64,000 nt of DNA from Callorhinchus milii (Eukaryota): positions 65,844,001 through 65,908,000 of the forward strand of contig NW_024704746.1 of the NCBI RefSeq assembly GCF_018977255.1. Reading direction: 5' to 3'. Below the pieces are notes generated by a model that worked only from the letters and a program-made list of their open reading frames with translations, was not told where the DNA came from and did no database searches. The first letter of the stretch is position 1. Every line of letters begins with the position of its first letter. Below are positions 35,753 through 49,022 of the stretch, in pieces. A program made the translations under genes and the position numbers.

Positions 35753-36977
35753 AAAAAAACAATGCCTGTGAATGCTATCCTGATAAAGAGAGGGTCCACC
35801 TCAGCTGTTGTGATCACCACATGGTTATCCACTGTTAAAATCATAAAGAATGACCTCTTCATCGAAGCGTCACAGGGCATCTGGCGCTTGTGGAACTCCA
35901 TGAGTCAGTCCTGAGAGAGAGGCACAAGAGAAAAACTGTGATTTTTATTTTAATTTAATGCGAAAATGATCTTCAGATGCTGTGGCATTGCAGAACTCGG
36001 ACTGAGAAGACAGTCATGACTAGATGTCAATATATGGCATATTTTTTCGGGGAAAAAGGGAACTTTTTATAGGACTTCCCTGGAGTGTTTTTGTAAATGA
36101 TGTTTGTTTTCCCAATAATTAACTTGATGCGCACCGACATAGTACTAAGTGGATAATGACGCTCTGTGCTTATTTGTAATTGAATTATTAGTGCTTTTGC
36201 CCAAAACAAAGCATTGGCAGTTAGCAATATCCCAGTCTAGTGAATGTGGGGTTAATATTAATGTTGCACAAATAGATTATGCAACATATAGTATGTAGGA
36301 AGGTTTGTGAAAACTATTATTTGTCAGCACAGATGGTGAATTTCTGAATGCGAAAAGAAGCCTCGATGAGGTAATAATGTTAACATTCGAAGCTACAACA
36401 CGAAAAAAATTGGATGGCGAAAGTTACATAGGAATGCATCTAATTTTCTGTTTAATTACAAGTCTAAGAAGCCATTCGCTACATATTTCTTTGCCAGATT
36501 TACTTGTTAAATTACCACCGGCGCGCTATGCTCTTGATGTGTCTCATCACAAGCTGAGATTAGTTCCCAGGGCTCTTCAATGAGCAAATAGGAGGCACAT
36601 TTGGAAAGCTTTATTTGATGGTAAACTAAAATAAAAACTTAAGATGGAACTGCAACAAATATTGTTCCTGATCCTTTACAGTCCATCACTGTTTCCTGTT
36701 CAAGGCGCAGCATTCTGTGTTTTCAAGTGCTGGCCAACTACTGTAATCTGCACGCACGGTTGAGAGACAAATATCTTCAGACCATCGTATTAACTCGATT
36801 TAAAAGATGAGAATCGATTCAAAACAAGGTTTGGTTGACGTCTTTCAGAATGTTTTGCAGAGTTTTGTGACTTTCAAGGGAGAATATTTGATTCCACCAG
36901 ATTATTATTCAGTTTCCTGCCAGATGGCAAATTGCTATGAATGGCTGGTTTATAAAAGAGGTTTGCTTTGTGGAATT

Positions 36978-37178
36978 ATAATAATAATCTTTGCATTTGA
37001 TATCGCACCTTATCACTTCGAGATGTCTCAAAGCGCTTCACAGAATATGCTGTAAAGTGAGTTGACTGTATATTTGTGGGCGAAACGCGGCAGCCAATTG
37101 CGCACAGCAGTGTCCCGCAAACTCCTGGTTTGAGTGACCAATTTATTATTTTTATTTATGTTTTGAAGGGATTATTTC
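36978..37178 (-). mobile_element. Truncated SINE
   Basis: Reverse-complement tail and core. Confidence 0.85.
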
Positions 37179-37473
37179 TTGTAATGACTGAATAGTTTAT
37201 TGTAATGGTTGATTGTGAATAGTCCATCGTAAAAATTTTGTAAATACTCAAAAATATGCTTCAAGAAAAAAAATCCTCCTAATACAGTAATTGGTGAAAT
37301 GTACTTTGGCACAAATAACACTAGTTTTCTTCAAATACAAATGAGCCTTTCTTCCAGAAATTGCCAAGAGGCATTGGAAGATCTCGAGAAAAATTCTTCA
37401 CCCACAAAACTTACTGGATTCAAATTCAGGACAGCCATTTGCCAGAGTTAGCAAGTTTTTTTAAAAAAAATCA

Positions 37474-37800
37474 AATAATAATAATAATAATCCTTGCATT
37501 TGATATAGCGCTTTTCACGTCGGGAGGATGTCCCAAAGCGCTTCACAGAACACACTGTAAAGTGAATTGACTGTACATTTGTGGGCGAACGCGGCAGCCA
37601 ATTGCGCACAGCAATGTCCCACAAACAGTCGTAGATTGAAAATGACCAATTTATTATTGTTTTTTGTTTTTGGAGGGATTATTATTAGGCTCTGTGTGGA
37701 GTAAGGAAACTTGCCCAAGGTTTGGCCCTCTGCCTGGAATTGAACTCAGGTCTCTCGCTTGCAAAGCGAGTGCTCTAACCACTGAGCTACAGGACTCCAC
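37474..37800 (-). mobile_element. Full-length young SINE, short subfamily
   Basis: Reverse complement of the 45943 copy; intact anticodon arm CTCGC-TTTGCAA-GCGAG (TGC, Ala). Confidence 0.95.
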
Positions 37801-38547
37801 AAGTCCTGTAGCTCAGTAGTAGTTTTCTTGCATTGATGAGATGTCTGGAATATTACAATATATTCTGTGAAGCACTTTGAGACATCTCAATAACGTGATA
37901 AGGCGCTATATTAACTGCAAGGATTATTATTACACTCTAAATTTATTTATCTTGCGGCATTACTTTGCATACTTCAGAACATAGTTTCCTTTTATTTTAC
38001 TTCATCTTGTTCCATCGAAATGAATACTGATTGAAATATACTTTCTGTAGACAATCATTGTCTTGCAGTTACTTCTTGGTGTTAGTAAAAGTCCCTGTAT
38101 TGAATCTAGCCTCAAAATAACACGCATCCTCTAATAATTAGACTTGCAAATAAGTATGCCTCTTTAAATAAATGGTTCAAATTGCATTTTATAATTGATC
38201 TAATGTGTAACTGTTAAATCGATGAGACCGGTCGCTGCTTTTATTAAACATTCACAGGTTTTAAAATGAGCAAATCAGATGCTGTGCAGTAGGCAGCGAC
38301 TCTCATTGATTTACAAATCTGCCGGCACACTGGCCACTCTCCGTTAGCTTTCCCAAAGGTCAATTTGTTTTTTTATACAGCGCGTTTGTGTGAGTGAGAG
38401 AGAATGTGGATGAGGTCGGAGTGTAGCCCCCCTTCTGCCCACTGTTCCAGCAGAGATTTAGTAACTCAATATTAACCGCGGAGTTACTCCGGGCACTTTC
38501 CTGGTGTAGGGCCCTGAAACACAATGAATGCACAGTATATGTATAAT

Positions 38548-38690
38548 CGGAACAGGAGAAGGCCATTTGGCCCGTTCAGTCCAGTCCACTATTAAGTCTA
38601 TTGCAACTTTCTTTTTTAATTCCATTTCCCTGCCTTATTTCATTGCTTAGCAAGTATCCGTGTACCTGTCTTTTGAACGCTGCATCATTC
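38548..38690 (-). mobile_element. CR1-clade 3' end, degenerate
   Basis: ggaacaggagaaggccatttggccc. Confidence 0.6.
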
Positions 38691-39152
38691 AAAAAAAACA
38701 GTTCAAAGTAACATTGGAGGAAAAGAGATGAAGGAAGGAGTTATGGGAGGTGACGGATTTGTGACCTTAAATGGTTGTGGAAGATCGTACAGTATGTTTC
38801 TGGTTTTCAGTCACAATACACTGGGTTACTGTACCCTGCGAGTGGTTTCACTTCATTTAGTGAAAACGTTTCACTTTGAGTTTGCCTCATGTAAATGACT
38901 GGTTCGAAATGAAACTTTAAAGTGACAGGAGCCTGCAGGCTTGTTTAACAAAATATTGTTTTCAGTTCGCCCTGTCGGCTTGTACGATTCTTGGGGAGAG
39001 AACAACATTTTTGTTTCCAGATGCCACCAACATGCCCAAAGCTAGAGATTTATACATTTGTCCCACAAGACCCACCGTCTGACCAAACCGTGATGGAAAC
39101 AGTTGAGCCGGTTATCTGTGAGCAGTTGTGATCTTGTATTCTGTATAATAAT

Positions 39153-39484
39153 CAATAATAATAATCTTTGCATTTGATATAGCGCCTCAAAGCACTTCAC
39201 GGAATACACTGTAAAGTGAATTGTGGGTGAAGTGCGCCAGTGTCCCACAAACAGTCGTGGATTGAGTGACCAAATCATTATTATTAATTTTTTTTTAGGG
39301 GATTATTACCCCCGGAAAAGCGATCTGCCAATTGACTAACAACTGGGTTCCTACTTGCTGCTCGGAAAACAAAGTCGTGTGGAGCCAAGGAAACTTGGCC
39401 AATGTTTTGCTCTGCCCGGGAATCGAACCCAGGTCTCTCATTTTGCGAGGAGAGTGCGCTAACCACTGAGATACGGGATTTCAT
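39153..39484 (-). mobile_element. Near full-length SINE, long subfamily
   Basis: Tail, core, extra segment, gggaatcgaacccagg (B box), ctaaccactgag (A box). Confidence 0.9.
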
Positions 39485-40152
39485 GGTTGGGTGGTTCTGT
39501 TTGGACCTTAGGCTGATGTGACATGCTGGTTCCCATAAAAGTGGAAGCACTCCAGGTTGTTGAAGGCCAACCCCGAAGGCCAACACTGGAGCAGCTGAAA
39601 GGAAACTGGGTCAAAAAAAAAAGACAGCTGGAATCTGACACAGCTGCATTGCTGTGTTAGCTCACTTCACTCTGTCGTCAAATATTTGGTAATAAAATAA
39701 CAGTGACTTGGTTTGACTATATTTTACTTGGCTTTGGGGTATCATTTATATAAATGCAAATGTTGAATGACTCAGGGAATAATGCTAGTTTACCTAAAGT
39801 GGTTCTTCAGCTCCATACACAAAGCTCTCCCTCTCTTTCCTGTCCACAATTCTCTTCTCAGCTGGTGCAATTTGGTGCTCCCTATGGTTTGTTTAGATCT
39901 CCTGTCATCAATGGTATGGCTTTGCTGCCTCCTCTGGTCATGTAACACTAAAGAGTGCGGGACAGTTTGGAGTTTGAGTGCGAATCCTTTTAAAAACAAT
40001 CTTTTTAGCAACGTCAATTAACATGGATCTTAATAAGAAAGGCTGCAAAGGAGAGAGTCGTGTAGAGCGAAGGACCATTTGGCTGCTTTTTTTTCCTCTA
40101 CTATTCTATCCTAGAGAAGAATCTACCTGGATATAAGGGCAATATTATAATC

Positions 40153-40312
40153 ATTTGGTCACTCAATCCATGACTGCTTGTGGGACATTGCTGTGTGTTG
40201 CATTTTGGTCACAAAATATACAGTCAATTCACTTTACAGTATATTCTGTGAAGCGCTTTGGGACGTCTCAACGATGTAATAAGGCGCTGTATCAAATGCA
40301 AGGATTATATAT
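40153..40312 (+). mobile_element. SINE 3' fragment
   Basis: Core and tail match the other copies. Confidence 0.8.
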
Positions 40313-41130
40313 TAAATTCTCAGCCAAATTTGGACTTGATATGTTTGCTGAGGAGAAAAGAAGGGTTTGATGCTTGAGGGGAAAATGTAGCTCTTAAAAG
40401 CTGCTTTAGCAATTAAGGAGCTGTGAGAATGTCATATGAAGACAGAGGAGATGGTGATAGAATGTTGTAGAATAAATTAGACCGAGTGGAATAATGTTGT
40501 AGAACGATTTAGATTGAGAGTGCAGTCATTGAATGCAAGAGGTTGTAACTGTTGCCGGTAGCGTGAGAGACATAAAACACAATCTCTGGAAGAGAAAAAG
40601 CACAATATCCTTGTCAGCTCATAGAATCTATAATTAAGGTCCAAACAATTTAGCAAATCCCTGAAAAGTAATCTGTGTCGCATTGTGAAGCAAGCGATAA
40701 AAGGGCAAAATATTGTCCTTAACTGCATCAATAGTTAGCTTTAATGGAGGGAGCTTGCAGCAGAATAGGCTGTGATGAATGACTTTCTCTAACGCTGTTG
40801 GTTCTGACTTTTTTTGAAGGGACTAGTGGAAATCCAGGTTTAGTGATTCAGACAAACATCGTGGTTCGAGATTGAAGGTTCACGCACACTGAGGATGTGT
40901 AAAAGTTGATGAAACATCCACTAGAGTTGGATGGTGAATGGAGGAGTTCACTAATATGGACAAAAATAACAGGAGAGCATCAGCAACAGAGTGGAATCAT
41001 CAGCTAATGGACGGAGAGGGTTGGATAATGAGGAGGAACTGAGAGATAATAGAGTTCCTGACTTGATGGGAAGAAGTCAGATGATCACACTACTGAAGTG
41101 CTCTGAGACACTGTCCTGCTTGAAGGGCGC

Positions 41131-41388
41131 TTCCAGGCAGGGTGAAACCTTGGGCAAGTTTCCTTACTCCATCCAGAGCCTAATAATAATCCCTCCAAAA
41201 ACCCAAAACAATAATAAATTTGTCATTTTTAATCTACGACTGTTTGTGGGACATTGCTGTGCGCAATTGGCTGCCGGGTTCGCCCACAAATATACAGTCA
41301 ATTCACTTTACAGTGTGTTCTGTGAAGCGCTTTGGGACCTCCTCCCGATGTGAAAAGCACGATATCAAATGCAAGGATTATTATTATA
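41131..41388 (+). mobile_element. Young 5'-truncated SINE inserted in an older SINE tail
   Basis: Flanks gaagggcgct | atataaatgcaagtt reconstitute an older tail. Confidence 0.85.
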
Positions 41389-41424
41389 TAAATGCAAGTT
41401 ATGTTTGCCCTATTCGACCGTAAT

Positions 41425-41690
41425 GTGGAGTGTAATTACTATGTATTTACAGGCAAACACGGCCACCAATTTGTAAACCATTAGCTAGCAATCAGATTGT
41501 TGACCATAAAATTACCTTATCTTTGAAATGGTATTGTGGGATCTTCACTGTCCGCCTGAAAAATAGGCAGTTGGGACATTGATTTCATGTCTTATCCGAA
41601 CAATAAGGACTGGCTTGTCAGCCAAATCCTGATGCGGGCTTCAACCCATAACCTTCTGACCCAGAGACGAGCGCTACCAACTGATCCGAG
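41425..41690 (-). mobile_element. Old SacSINE1-like element
   Basis: ggccaccaatttg..tgggatctt..accttctgacccagag. Confidence 0.65.
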
Positions 41691-42114
41691 ATGATGTACA
41701 TTTCAGGATAGACAGCAGTAATTTAAAAGATAATGATACTGCCATAACTTTGATGGAAGGCTGTAATCTGCGATTATTATGCTCTGTATACCTCTATTTT
41801 GTTGTTCCGTGGCTTCAAATACATCACTCTACACATTTTCTTTGACATTGTGTTGAAATCAAATCTCATCACACTCTTATTTTTAACTCATTCTTTCACA
41901 ATACTTTACTTTTTTCCCCCAGAAGCTCAAGACTATAGATATTCTTGCCTCACTCAAACTCCTTTTGTTCCTACGCTCGACAGGATTTTGAACCCCAAGC
42001 TTTATATCACCTATAACCACTTCTCACTCTTACTCATTCTTTCCAAGTACTTTATAAGTTTTTTTTTACCTGGTTTATGTTTACGTTTATGTTTACCTGG
42101 TATTCTCTACAATA

Positions 42115-42352
42115 TTAATAGTCCTTGAATTTGATATATTACCTTATCAGGTCATTGAGACGTCTCAAACCACTTCACAGAATATATTAAAATGGATTGA
42201 CTGTATTTGTGGGTGAAACCCGGCAGCCAATTGCGCACAGCAGCGTTCCACAAACAGTCGTGAATTGAGTGACCACATTTTCTTTTGAAGGATTATTACC
42301 CCCTGCAAAGTGATCCGCCAATCGACTAGCAAGTTCCTACTTAGTGCTAGGT
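42115..42352 (-). mobile_element. SINE, long subfamily, 5'-truncated
   Basis: Reverse-complement tail, core and extra segment. Confidence 0.85.
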
Positions 42353-44339
42353 ATACAGAATTTTGGGTTAAGAATTAATTGCTTCCATTAGAAGAATAGA
42401 CGACAGCTAGTGTTTAGTTATATTATGCTTAAAATATTCCCACTCTCTGTGAAGGGAACATTGTACTGTACTGTGCATCATAAATTAAATGGACACTGTA
42501 AACTTAAGTGGAGCTGTGAATATCAGGTTCTTGTTTGCAGTGTGGAAATATAATGTAAAAGAAAGTCAGACTTTCCACACAGACTTAGCACAATGCATCA
42601 TTTTATTTCAGAGCGCTTCATATAGCGCTTCTCTGTTGTAACTATATTTTGTCACATCTGGATTATACATGCGTAATAGTCTTGCAAAGACTGAAATATA
42701 TCATTTCAATGAACAGCAAATGACAGTCACTTTTAACTGCATACTGTTTACAAGGCAATGAGACTGAACCATCACATTGCATGGATCTGACAAACTTATT
42801 TATAATCAATTTATATACAGTATAATGCTATTGAACGCAAGTGCTAGATTGCAATGTCAACATGTTATGGGATGTAACTCTAATAAGCCATAACCTATAT
42901 ACCTTTATATAGAAAACAATTCATCTTTCCAAGAAGCTGCAATCGGACGTCTAAAGTGCATAGAATGGGACAGAACTATTTAGCAATGACCCGCATTGCG
43001 ATGAACCACATTACAATGCATTCCTGAACGCACAAAGTAGTTATTCTGAGGTCATCGGTGTAATTGATGCTTGGAATTGTAGAACAAATTATGTCCAGTT
43101 GCAGATAATTCACATTCAGTTCTTTTTTTCTTGCGGGTTTGCTGAAAATCTCTGGCTGACTGAACAAGATCGCACAATTCCAGCCTCAGCACATTTTGCG
43201 GGGAAATGTGAAGGTAGTCTGCAGTGTACCTGCAGGATGACATCTGCAGTTTATTTGCTTGCAACCCTCATGTCTGGGCCAGTCTCCCAAGGATCATAAG
43301 GAATTCACGTACAAGGAGCCGGCATGTTCTGCTTAGGTGAGAACTGTCTGCATGAAATAGGGGATACAATCTGAAGCACATTTAGAGATATACTGTATAT
43401 TCCCATATTTCTCACGTATGGCATTTGTGGCAGGATATTTCTTGTTATTAGCAATTTTTATTGATACCTTTGGCCCTGGCTGCACTCAAAGTTTCCCCAC
43501 TGTCTTTTCCAATAACAGTAATTGCCTTTTTGAAACGCACTAAATGTTTGATACACAGTTCGTAAATGTCCTTCCTCGCTTTGCTTTTTCTGTCCTTGGA
43601 ATGTTATTGAAGCAGGGGGCTATGCTTAGTTCTTGGTACTTTAAGGACAGTCGTCTATTGTCAATATATTCATAAATATGTCAAATATTGGGCGCAATTA
43701 TTCACTGCATATAAACTGTAAGCACAACTGTGTTATGCCTCCTGTAAACCATGTGTACGGGTACAGAAGGAATCGTGCATGACCTTAATTATGTAAGTAA
43801 TTAGAAGGAAGGGTTAATTATATACTTCTGTTCATTGGTTAATTAAGAGCGCTTGTAATTCACTCTGTGTGAACATTTACACAGTCCATATATAATACAG
43901 CTACGTTTGTACATGGTTTATACATGACACTTAATAAATCCTATATTTTGCAAAAGAAAACTTAAGGAAAACCAGCTTAAAATTTATGGCTCTATTTAAG
44001 ATTTTCATCAAATTCTGTACACTCTGAAATACTATGTCAATTGAGTAAATCTAAACCTAAGTGGAATTTTTCCCCCCAAGTGCCCTGTTTTGATGCTTCT
44101 AGTTGCCAAGGTGTCCCATACTGATGGATTTGTTATTTGACTCATTACCACCAGCTATATTTTTTAAACTTTTTGGGCCTATATTAACCGTTCTGGACAT
44201 GTTTAACTTGTATTTTTGGAGTAATAATACGAGCCTTTACATGTGATATAACGACTTTCAAGTTTGGAGGACGTCTCAAAGCATTTCATAGGATTTACTG
44301 TAAAGTGTAGTGGCTGTGTGTTTTATAAGCACTGTTTAT

Positions 44340-44545
44340 GAAATCCTGTAACTTAGTGGTGAGAGCACTCGCCTCACAAGTGAGGACCTGGGTTTGATTC
44401 CCCGGCAAGGTGAAGCGTTGGGCAAGTTTCCTTACTCCACATTCCTCTGTTTACCTAGCAGTAAATCAGAACCCGGTTGTTAGTCGATTGGTGGATCGCT
44501 TTTCCGGGGCTAATAATCCCTTCGAAAAAATAATAATCTAATAAA
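44340..44545 (+). mobile_element. SINE 5' half, long subfamily
   Basis: tcctgtaacttagtggtgagagcactcg head through aataatccc. Confidence 0.85.
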
Positions 44546-45096
44546 AATAATCCTCCATCCACCCCGATCCCAGCACTTTGGGACATCCTCCTGACATGAT
44601 ACACGCTCTGCAAATGTAATTTTGTTGTTTTTATTGATTTGGTCACTCAAGGTCCAAGGTGATGTGGACGCCCTTTGGCCAAGCATTGTGGGAGGCTACC
44701 CCGCATGGGGGGCACTAAATAAATGCAAGTTATTATTGTTGGTGGTGCTTGCCATTATTTATGTGCGTGCTTGGCCATGAATGTTGATACGCTACTTGAG
44801 CCTTTCTCGGCTTCAGGGGATCATGCTCACGATGCAACAACAACAAATTACATTTGCATAGCACCCTTCAGGTCATAAAGATGTCCCAGGGCGCTGGACA
44901 ATCGGGGTTTTTGTTTTAACGCGTAGGCCAAATTTACAACTCCCTTACCTGGGAGTGATTACGGAAGGTTTGAGAAAGAGAGAGAGAGAGAGGAAGAAAG
45001 TGAGAGCAAGGGGGAGAGTGAGCATGAAAGCAGTGTGGGGGGAGAGAGGGGAAAAGAGAGCGGAAAAATGAACGGGCATGGGAGGTGTAAGTAAGT

Positions 45097-45354
45097 GGCT
45101 CTGGAACTCCATCCCCCAGTGCCTTCGCCGCTTCCTCCCTTTCCTCCTTCAAGGCCGGTCTCAAGACCTTTCTCTTTGACCTTCAGCCTTCAGCTCCCCT
45201 CTCCACTCTCTACCCCCTCCTTGCTCCCTCCCTTCCCTCCCCTCACCCTGACCATTTCCCCCCTCCTCGGGTCCTGACCCAACGGTCCAGCGCCTTGGGA
45301 CGTCCTCCCGACGTGAAAGGCGCTCTATAAATGGAATCTTGTTGTTGTTGTTGT
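45097..45354 (+). mobile_element. Young L2 3' end
   Basis: Close match to ~32534-32840; GTAAGT on both sides may be a target-site duplication. Confidence 0.9.
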
Positions 45355-45942
45355 AAGTGAGTGTGTGAGAGAAGGGAGAGCAAGTGAGAAAGGTGTGAAA
45401 AGTGAGCGCGAGATAGAGGGGTTGGTAGTGAGTATTAAAGACTTCGAAAGTGAGTGTGAGAAAACGGAGAGTGATCACGAAAGATCAGACGATGTGGAAA
45501 GTTCTTGCTATTCCTGCGACAGGCCGCTCGTCATTAATATTTATTAATTGATCAGCAGAATGCGTACGCACTGGAGACTGAGCTTGAAATTTGTTGGATG
45601 AATTGATTGTGCTTTTGGTCAACATCCCCGAAGTTCCAATCTCTCTCCTTGGTGGCCTCCCCACCTAATCCTAATTGTTGAGTGTTTGAGACATTTTATA
45701 GGAAAGATGCTATGTATATTCAAGTGATATGAAAGTTGTTGATTGCTTTGTCCTGATAATTGATATTCTTGTCTCTTATGCTTACGCACAAAAATTATAT
45801 CAGTTCTCAGCAGGGAATTCTTACTATATATATATATGTATGTATATTGGAGTAACTAACATTTTAGCTGCTTGAGTTCAAAGGCATGGCACTTTGAGCA
45901 GTCCATGGGAGAGTGCTAGCTTCTCAGCTAAACTGACTTAAA

Positions 45943-46268
45943 GTGGAGTCCTGTAGCTCAGTGGTTAGAGCACTCTCTTTGCAAGTGAGAGACCTGAGTT
46001 CAATTCCCGGCAGAGGGCGAAACCTTGGGCAAGTTTCCTTACTCCACACAGAGCCTAATAATAATCCCTCCAAAACCAAAAACAATAATAAATTGGTCAT
46101 TTTCAATCCACGACTGTTTGTGGGACATTGCTGTGCGCAATTGGCTGCCGCGTTCGCCCACAAATATACAGTCAATTCACTTTACAGTGTGTTCTGTGAA
46201 GCGCTTTGGGATGTCCTCCTGACATGAAAAGCGCTATATCAAATGCAAGGATTATTATTATTATTATT
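45943..46268 (+). mobile_element. Full-length young SINE, short subfamily
   Basis: A box TAGCTCAGTGG, B box GTTCAATTCC, Deu-like core, L2-type tail, (ATT)n. Confidence 0.95.
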
Positions 46269-46802
46269 AAATACCCCGCTAATAAGCTAAATTCATAGTT
46301 GAAGTACAGTTGATGCTTCTTAATTGGAATATCCACGTAATATCATTTGCCAAGAAGAAGCCTCAGTGGAATGTCTGAAAGATGAAATGATATCTTCATT
46401 TTTATTGTTTTCTTTGATTGAAAGATACAAGGCACACTGATCGTTTCACACAGAAGTAACTTTACCTCTCCACTCACAAAATGAGTTTATCTTAAACTGG
46501 AAATCATTTACCGTGCTCCCTGTTCCTGTGATTCAGTGTGTGGTAAGATATTTGTTTAGTCCGGAGCAAATTCAGGAGACGTGCTTCCATCCTGGTATGT
46601 GAATTTGTTAGTGCGCTAAGTTATGACTAAGAGCTACACCCTGTTTCATTACGTAATGCTATCAACAAGGAAATGGCTATTTCCCAATCAGTTAGTGTAA
46701 TAGTTTCATTGTAAGCTGGAATGGACTTGTATAATACATGCCTAGATAAAGACGACTGAGGAATTGAAATGCTGACCCATTCCTTTTCTGGTTTACCCGC
46801 AG

Positions 46803-46876
46803 ATCCAGATGTAGAACCAGACGCGGCAACCAAACTTGCCCAGGAAAGAGCCGAGATAGTGTCGAAGTATGACAAG
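46803..46876 (+). CDS. USP6NL: USP6NL coding exon (74 nt): (N/D)PDVEPDAATKLAQERAEIVSKYDK
   Basis: Acceptor ccttttctggtttacccgcAG, donor AAG|GTAAAA; KLAQERAEIVxKYD is the recognisable USP6NL/RN-tre N-terminal motif. Confidence 0.95.
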
Positions 46877-47574
46877 GTAAAAGCTTCACCATATACTGTT
46901 TGTGTGAGACTGTCTTGTCTCGTTGCTTCTTACTTACTGCCTGTCGGACTTGGAATTTCTATCCGATATGGACTATCAGAGTAACTAAGATGATTAAAAC
47001 AGAGTGTTTTTGTATTACATGCTTAAAAGATTGTGAGAAATTTCACTGAATGAATAAATACTGCCTTCAACTTCTGCTCATCTGATACAAACCTAGGAAG
47101 CTTTTCATGTTTGAAAGCGTACTTGAATGAAGAATTGCGTACCTGCTTCCCAGCAAATGACAAGTTTTCCTCCGTTTGCCATTGAATTTCTTACCAGAAT
47201 ATCTCAAGGAATAAAACTTTTTTTTAAGCGAGGTTTAAACTGTTGGTTAGCCAGTGCTTATAAACCTCATCTAGTGATATGCAGTGCTCTATTTCTGCCA
47301 CTTTTATGTGTAAGTAAGTCTGTGTTTGTGTGTGTATGTGTGTGTCTGCACAATTAAACTACACAGTATAATACTGTGTCTAATAGTGAACTGATTAGAT
47401 AAAGTCAACTGCTGATCCTATCTAGCAAGTGCTATGCAAAACACGGCTAATTAACTGTTATCTCAGGAAATGTTCCCTTTTAAGCAGCTATTTTTATTCA
47501 CAACCTATTTTATTGATTGGCAGTTAATTAAATGGGATGGTAGACATTGATGATTGTTTTCCTGGGTGTTAAAA

Positions 47575-47778
47575 ATGTCACAATAACAACGTGCATTTAT
47601 ACAACGCCCTTCACACGGGGTAGTGTCTCAGAGTGCTTAACAGTGCCGGTGCCGGAGCCTAACGCCGAGCTGGGAGGGTGGGTGGAGGAGGTGATCGTAA
47701 GCACGGTCGAAGAGGAAGGTCTTCAGGCGCGATCTGAAAAGGGAGAAGGAGGGGACAAGGTGGAGGGATTGAGGGACG
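47575..47778 (-). mobile_element. L2 3' end, degenerate
   Basis: catttatacaacgccctt tail and gcacggtcgaagaggaaggtctt in reverse orientation. Confidence 0.75.
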
Positions 47779-48522
47779 TTACTTGTCTAATAAGCATGTT
47801 GCTAGTCTCTGCATATAATTGGGTGAAAAATGTGATGTTTCATAAACGATTTTATCTCATCAAATTTAAATAACTGGTTTGAGGGCAAAAAGCTCCTTCC
47901 TGCAAACATGGCACAAAGGTTCCACCCCAAAATTTCTTCACTACAGTACCAATTGTGGAATTGAATTTTGAAACTAAACTCTGGATCAAACCATTGTACT
48001 GACACTGGGGGGAGGGGGGGATTCTCGCATCTAATTTGTTATGAATCAGCTTTTTTTTACCCAAATTAGAGGGAAAAAACCTTATTCGCTATTATCATTT
48101 AATTTTAACATGAGTTTTTGTATTTAGAGTTGATTTAACACAGCAGTAAATCGAGTCTAACCTTTTAGTACCTTTATTGCAGCAGTATTGTTTTTTTTCC
48201 TTGTCAGAAGCTGGAGACATGTATGTGAAGCGGTACATCTAAAATGTCAGTTTCCGTCAAGCTTGTTTGTGTTATTTGGTATTGGGTTAAGCTTCCAATT
48301 TTCTCCCTCTTGTTGCATAGTAACATATCCTTATTTTTGTTTGTTCCCTCTGGTGAGATATACAAGCTGGATCAGTTCAAGATGCGCACTTAACAGAATC
48401 CAACAAATCTGTGGCCGACAATCCTATCCCTTCCCAAAGTTAGAATGGATTCCTTTAATAAAACGGGAGTTCTCGTGTCGTAAATACAAAAGTGGTTACC
48501 CACTTTTTGTGTTAGGAAAGTG

Positions 48523-48590
48523 AGTGTAAGGTGCTATTAAATATTTTGGTGCGCCTTATTGCATCAAAATATTTAACAGCACCTTAGACT
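48523..48590. repeat. 68-nt inverted repeat: 30-bp arms (27/30 complementary), 8-nt spacer
   Basis: agtgtaaggtgctattaaatattttggtgc-gccttatt-gcatcaaaatatttaacagcaccttagact. Confidence 0.9.
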
Positions 48591-48604
48591 AATGCAGTGG
48601 TTGT

Positions 48605-48930
48605 CAAGTGTAGTGACTATAAGTAATTGTAGCAGTCATTTGGATACTGCAAGGTTCCACAGAGATGAATGACCATTTGGAGGATCTCTGGCTAATAACC
48701 TCGGAGAAATGTCTGTCTCATTTCGAATGGTGTCATGGGATCTTGGACATCCACCTGAAGCGTGGCAGATGAGCCCTCAGTATAACTTCTGAAGCATGGC
48801 ATCCCGACAATGCAGTATTCCCCCCCTTACCCCCAGGACTGCACTCGAGTTTTAGCCTACACTATGAACTCGAGTCCTATTTTGTACAGAGAATCTGCAA
48901 CCTTCTGATCCAGGTTGCCAGCAGAACCAA
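48605..48930 (-). mobile_element. Old SacSINE1-like element
   Basis: catgggatctt..catccacctga..gacaatgcagta..accttctga. Confidence 0.65.
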
Positions 48931-49022
48931 ATTTGAAAAATAAACAAAAACCCTTTGTTATAGTGCCTTTCACATCAGGAGAGCGTCTCAAAGCGCTTCA
49001 CAAAATTTACTGTAAAGTGCAT

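Noticed and set aside
45943-46020. tRNA-Ala(TGC)-like sequence here and at the other SINE heads
   Set aside because: The acceptor and T stems are imperfect and each copy continues into a SINE body and tail, so these are SINE heads, not tRNA genes.
48526-48548. miR-18 orthologue
   Set aside because: Only the first 8 nt match and there is no miR-17-92 cluster context; kept only as an unassigned hairpin.
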